Shown: piece by piece, positions 58,345 through 61,562 of the stretch
How the letters are laid out: each line of letters opens with the position of its first letter
How positions within the stretch are numbered: position 1 is the first letter of the stretch
IMG/VR virus record: IMGVR_UViG_3300034116_001553
From: an uncultured virus (IMG/VR IMGVR_UViG_3300034116_001553)
Taxonomy: Duplodnaviria > Heunggongvirae > Uroviricota > Caudoviricetes
Strand: one strand, 5' to 3'
DNA: 61,562 nucleotides
The notes under the pieces: model-generated
The model's database searches: none
Told to the model about the DNA's origin: nothing
Seen by the model: the letters and a program-made list of their open reading frames with translations, nothing else
Made by a program: the position numbers and the translations under genes

Positions 58345-59290
58345 GTTTAATTATATCATCTAGTGAAAACTGCTGTTTCCAATTGGTTAAAGAACTAAAT
58401 TTATCTGCGCTGGCAGTCAGGATCTCCGGATCACCATCTCTTTGTGGACCTATTTTTACCTGTAGTTTTAATCCTGTAATTTTTTCTGCTGAATTGATAA
58501 TGTCCTGATTACTTGATCCTGTACTGGTTCCAAGATTATAAGTCCCACTAGGAAGTTCTGCATCAATTGCCAATATGTGTGCATGTGCAATGTCCTCAAC
58601 ATGAATGTAATCTCTAATGCAGGTTTTGTCAGCAGTGGGATAATTGTTACCATTGAGAGTGAATTCTTGACCATCCCGTAAACTCTCTAACACACGAGCA
58701 ATAATGTGTGTTGCATTGGGTGCTTGCCCGTGCTGTATTTTACTATCTGCACCGCAGGCATTGAAATATCGGAATGCAACATATTCTAATCCATAAGCTA
58801 CTTTATATCCTTCTAAAATCCATTCCATAGCCCGTTTTGTTTCTCCATATGGACTAATTGGTTCGCAAGGATCAACTTCGTGACAAGGAGTCATAATTGG
58901 ATTACCATAAACACTAGCACTACTACTAAAGATAATTTTGGGACGATATTCTGCTGGAATACTACAAATTCTATCCAGAAATTGTATGTTCTTTGCAATG
59001 TTATTATTCCAGTATTCTTTTGGATTCTTAACACTGGGTCCAACTAGACTAGTTCCTGCACAATGAATGACCGCGGCTGGCCTGGCGGCCTCGATGACAT
59101 TGATGATTTCCTCAGATGCAAAATCCCCTCGATGGAATTGATTTGGTACCAACATTAAATGTTTGGGCAACGTATTCTGATCAACTCCAAGAACTATGTA
59201 CCCTAACCGCTTTAACGAAATCATTGTTTGTCCACCGATATACCCGGCAGCACCAGTAACTACTACTAATTTATAAGAGTCAACATTCAT
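58313..59290 (-). CDS. galE: UDP-glucose 4-epimerase
   Basis: TGAAGYIG, FSSSASVYG, YGETK, RYFNACGA, RDYIHV. Confidence 0.9.
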   Translation of the reverse strand: MNVDSYKLVVVTGAAGYIGGQTMISLKRLGYIVLGVDQNTLPKHLMLVPNQFHRGDFASEEIINVIEAARPAAVIHCAGTSLVGPSVKNPKEYWNNNIAKNIQFLDRICSIPAEYRPKIIFSSSASVYGNPIMTPCHEVDPCEPISPYGETKRAMEWILEGYKVAYGLEYVAFRYFNACGADSKIQHGQAPNATHIIARVLESLRDGQEFTLNGNNYPTADKTCIRDYIHVEDIAHAHILAIDAELPSGTYNLGTSTGSSNQDIINSAEKITGLKLQVKIGPQRDGDPEILTASADKFSSLTNWKQQFSLDDIIKHAWLWYNRKQ

Positions 59291-60483
59291 TCAACTTTCC
59301 TAACTTTATATTTTGCGCCAGCCACATGGTCTCGATATCGATTGCCTGCACGATTCCATTGCTCTCCTTTGCCTTGCATGATATCGCAGATTCTATCAAT
59401 AGTTCCGTTGTTCCAGTCACTGATGAGACCAATGTTATGATGAGATTTTTCTAATAGATTATTAAGTTTTCTAACTACATCATCCTCACTCCAGGGAATG
59501 TACAGACGGTCTAGGTCGTTAGCAAATGTTTCTGGAAAACTACGATAAGCAGGGTAAAGCACATTAGCGCCAAGTGTGTCAGCTTCTGAAACTGTGTTTG
59601 ACACCCAGTCTTGAAGAGCACAATTGAAAAGAACACGAGTGTCATTAAGAAGAGAGTAATACTCATTTTTAGTTAAGTTTTCATGAATCTCAAGTAATCC
59701 ACTAGCTTGTAATTTGCGAGCACGTTTTACATAATTATTATTGTTTGACCGCAACGGACCTCCAGAGAAGATAGCAAAGCTAATCTGAGGCTGTTCTTCT
59801 TGAACACGTTCAGCCAGGTCCATAAAGAAACCTGGTTGCTTTTCTTGGTCAAATCTTGCGGCAAACCCTACCCGCATTTTACGATCGGCAAATGGTTTGA
59901 TATTTGCTGTGCCACCTATGCGTTCTAACACTTCTTCTTTGCCAAATGCTAAACCGCTAATATTGTAGATAGGTGCAGTCCAATTGGCAATACGCATGTG
60001 GGCTACCATTTCTTCGTTGGTAGCCAGTACACCTGTAACAAATTCATTGACCATTTGTTCATACAAACTCATCCACTTGCTCATGCCCCATACATGTACA
60101 AAGTCGTCGGGATCAATAGCCTGTGCCAGACAACGAACATACACACGAGGTCTTTGTTCTGTTGGAATCTGATTCATGATATAAGGCAAGCTTTCAATGC
60201 CTGGCTGGAACATGTCTTCAAAGTACACAACATCTTTTCCTGAGCATTCACCATTACGCATCAGCTGTACAAGATTCATCATCTGACTCATGCCAAAGTA
60301 ACTGCGCCCGTGTGCGTCTAAAACCTGTCCTACACTAATACTTTTAGTATTGTCTATAGTGGATCCAGGAACATACACTACATCAATGCCTCGACGTTCA
60401 AATACACGTCGATTCCATTCAGTGAGTTGTAGTGTGTAACGGGCTTCGTAACTTTCCAAGCCCATGTAGAATAGTTTTCTCAT
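59287..60483 (-). CDS. GT-B glycosyltransferase
   Basis: FAARFDQEKQP, QDWVSNTVSEA, SFPE. Confidence 0.7.
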   Translation of the reverse strand: MRKLFYMGLESYEARYTLQLTEWNRRVFERRGIDVVYVPGSTIDNTKSISVGQVLDAHGRSYFGMSQMMNLVQLMRNGECSGKDVVYFEDMFQPGIESLPYIMNQIPTEQRPRVYVRCLAQAIDPDDFVHVWGMSKWMSLYEQMVNEFVTGVLATNEEMVAHMRIANWTAPIYNISGLAFGKEEVLERIGGTANIKPFADRKMRVGFAARFDQEKQPGFFMDLAERVQEEQPQISFAIFSGGPLRSNNNNYVKRARKLQASGLLEIHENLTKNEYYSLLNDTRVLFNCALQDWVSNTVSEADTLGANVLYPAYRSFPETFANDLDRLYIPWSEDDVVRKLNNLLEKSHHNIGLISDWNNGTIDRICDIMQGKGEQWNRAGNRYRDHVAGAKYKVRKVE

Positions 60484-60491
60484 ATTAACCC

Positions 60492-60698
60492 TTAAGGTCT
60501 TGTGTCAGCAGTCCACATGTCCTTGGCGTTTTTGCCTTGGGCATGTTTGCTGTATTGTTGCCATGCATAACTCTTCCAGTTATACAAATCGGTTTCGTTG
60601 TAACGATAGCCAAATCTAATACAAAAATCTAGAAATTTTTCTAGCTCTTCAAAAATTTGATTAAGACGAGGGTTGGTTTTAAATGTAGGCTTGGCCAT
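60492..60698 (-). CDS. Hypothetical protein
   Basis: AGGA SD. Confidence 0.6.
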   Translation of the reverse strand: MAKPTFKTNPRLNQIFEELEKFLDFCIRFGYRYNETDLYNWKSYAWQQYSKHAQGKNAKDMWTADTRP

Positions 60699-60709
60699 AC
60701 TATTTCCTA

Positions 60710-61159
60710 TTAAATTTTGATTGACAAACTTGAGCGAGAAATTTCATACTTGATCAAAGCGCCGTTCTCACCATCTTCGGCCACTTCAATCCAGACCGCA
60801 CGGTCAGGATACCTTTCGGCAATCTGCAAGTACAGATCGTCTGAGATCATTTCGCAACTCTTGTAGTCTAACGACAGTACACCTTGGTTGCTAGAATACA
60901 ATTTTTCGAGCCAACGCTTGAATTGTATAAACTCCACATCTCGGTCATTGTGGAATACGTCAATCCAAACCCTGAAATGAAAAATATGACGATGAGGATA
61001 GCCCAAAAACGAAACATCATATTCATCTCCTGTTGCTAGTTGCGGGTCTTCCAAGGCTGCCGGATACTTGTGGATGCCTTCTTTGCGGAACGTGACCCAG
61101 ATTTTTCGTTCTGCATATTGTTTAATTCTATCAATTTTTTCTCGTTGCTCTTGATTCAT
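60710..61159 (-). CDS. QueD-like (T-fold) protein
   Basis: GIH, PHRHIFH, SCEMI, EVAEDGENGA. Confidence 0.55.
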   Translation of the reverse strand: MNQEQREKIDRIKQYAERKIWVTFRKEGIHKYPAALEDPQLATGDEYDVSFLGYPHRHIFHFRVWIDVFHNDRDVEFIQFKRWLEKLYSSNQGVLSLDYKSCEMISDDLYLQIAERYPDRAVWIEVAEDGENGALIKYEISRSSLSIKI

Positions 61160-61452
61160 AATTTAAGACTTTCAGTAGTTATAATTTTACCTAGTGATTC
61201 AGAAAAATTCTCATCGCTGTTGATAATATAAGTTGTGTGGTTTGTTCTATCTGTTCTTTGATCGTAGTTCCTAAAGATTACAATTTTACCGCCAATAGCA
61301 GATTTAACTTGTATATTTAGGCCGCCGTCTGGGTAATCATCAGTACTATTCATTAGTCGACTGTGTTTGCTAATATTACGAGCAGGCACAGCCTCGCAAT
61401 CAGAGCCAACTCTATCTATTTTGTTAAAAAGATATCTCCAAAACCATTTCAT
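61156..61452 (-). CDS. Hypothetical protein
   Basis: AAGGA SD; TTGACA-17-TATAAT promoter at 61473-61501. Confidence 0.6.
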   Translation of the reverse strand: MKWFWRYLFNKIDRVGSDCEAVPARNISKHSRLMNSTDDYPDGGLNIQVKSAIGGKIVIFRNYDQRTDRTNHTTYIINSDENFSESLGKIITTESLKL

Positions 61453-61562
61453 GTATTGTCCTTGTTCATGCTATTATATTGCTTTTTATCAACAATGTCA
61501 ACTAGAACTGGGCCTAAATTATTAATTTTATCAAGATTCTCTGGGAACCAACTATCTACCAA

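Overview
This is a 61.5-kb fragment of a large (jumbo-type) tailed bacteriophage genome read with the standard genetic code. Genes are dense and lie mostly on the minus strand. Host-like genes (Bug/TctC, rpoZ, ahpC/ahpD, groES/groEL) suggest a proteobacterial, probably betaproteobacterial, host; this is inference. (1) 1-13 kb is a biosynthesis-like island. It holds the C-terminus of an ANL adenylating enzyme, two tandem flavin-dependent halogenases, an amidinotransferase, glycosyltransferase-like genes and a dehydratase-aminotransferase-DesII radical SAM-aminotransferase run resembling desosamine biosynthesis. (2) 13-25 kb holds thyX, a MoxR AAA+/VWA-metallopeptidase pair, early-type genes behind near-consensus sigma70 promoters, and envelope genes. 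(3) 25-37 kb and 42.7-43.8 kb form a translation-support region. It has 28 tRNAs covering all 20 amino acids and a circularly permuted (two-piece) tmRNA with a small ORF in its intervening segment. It also has an ArfA-like peptide, an rrn-like boxA and several unexplained stem-closed ncRNAs. Two leader-peptide/antiterminator/terminator modules precede the two tRNA operons and look like attenuators sensing tRNA supply; these are the strongest candidate for a novel system. (4) 37-48 kb holds ahpCD, groES/EL, an RNase H/FEN nuclease and many hypotheticals. (5) 48-61.5 kb holds 7-deazaguanine genes (folE, queD, queE and a second QueD-like gene), with a preQ1-I-like pseudoknot before queD, mixed with glycan and radical-SAM genes. 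All calls come from manual motif reading; no database searches were run.
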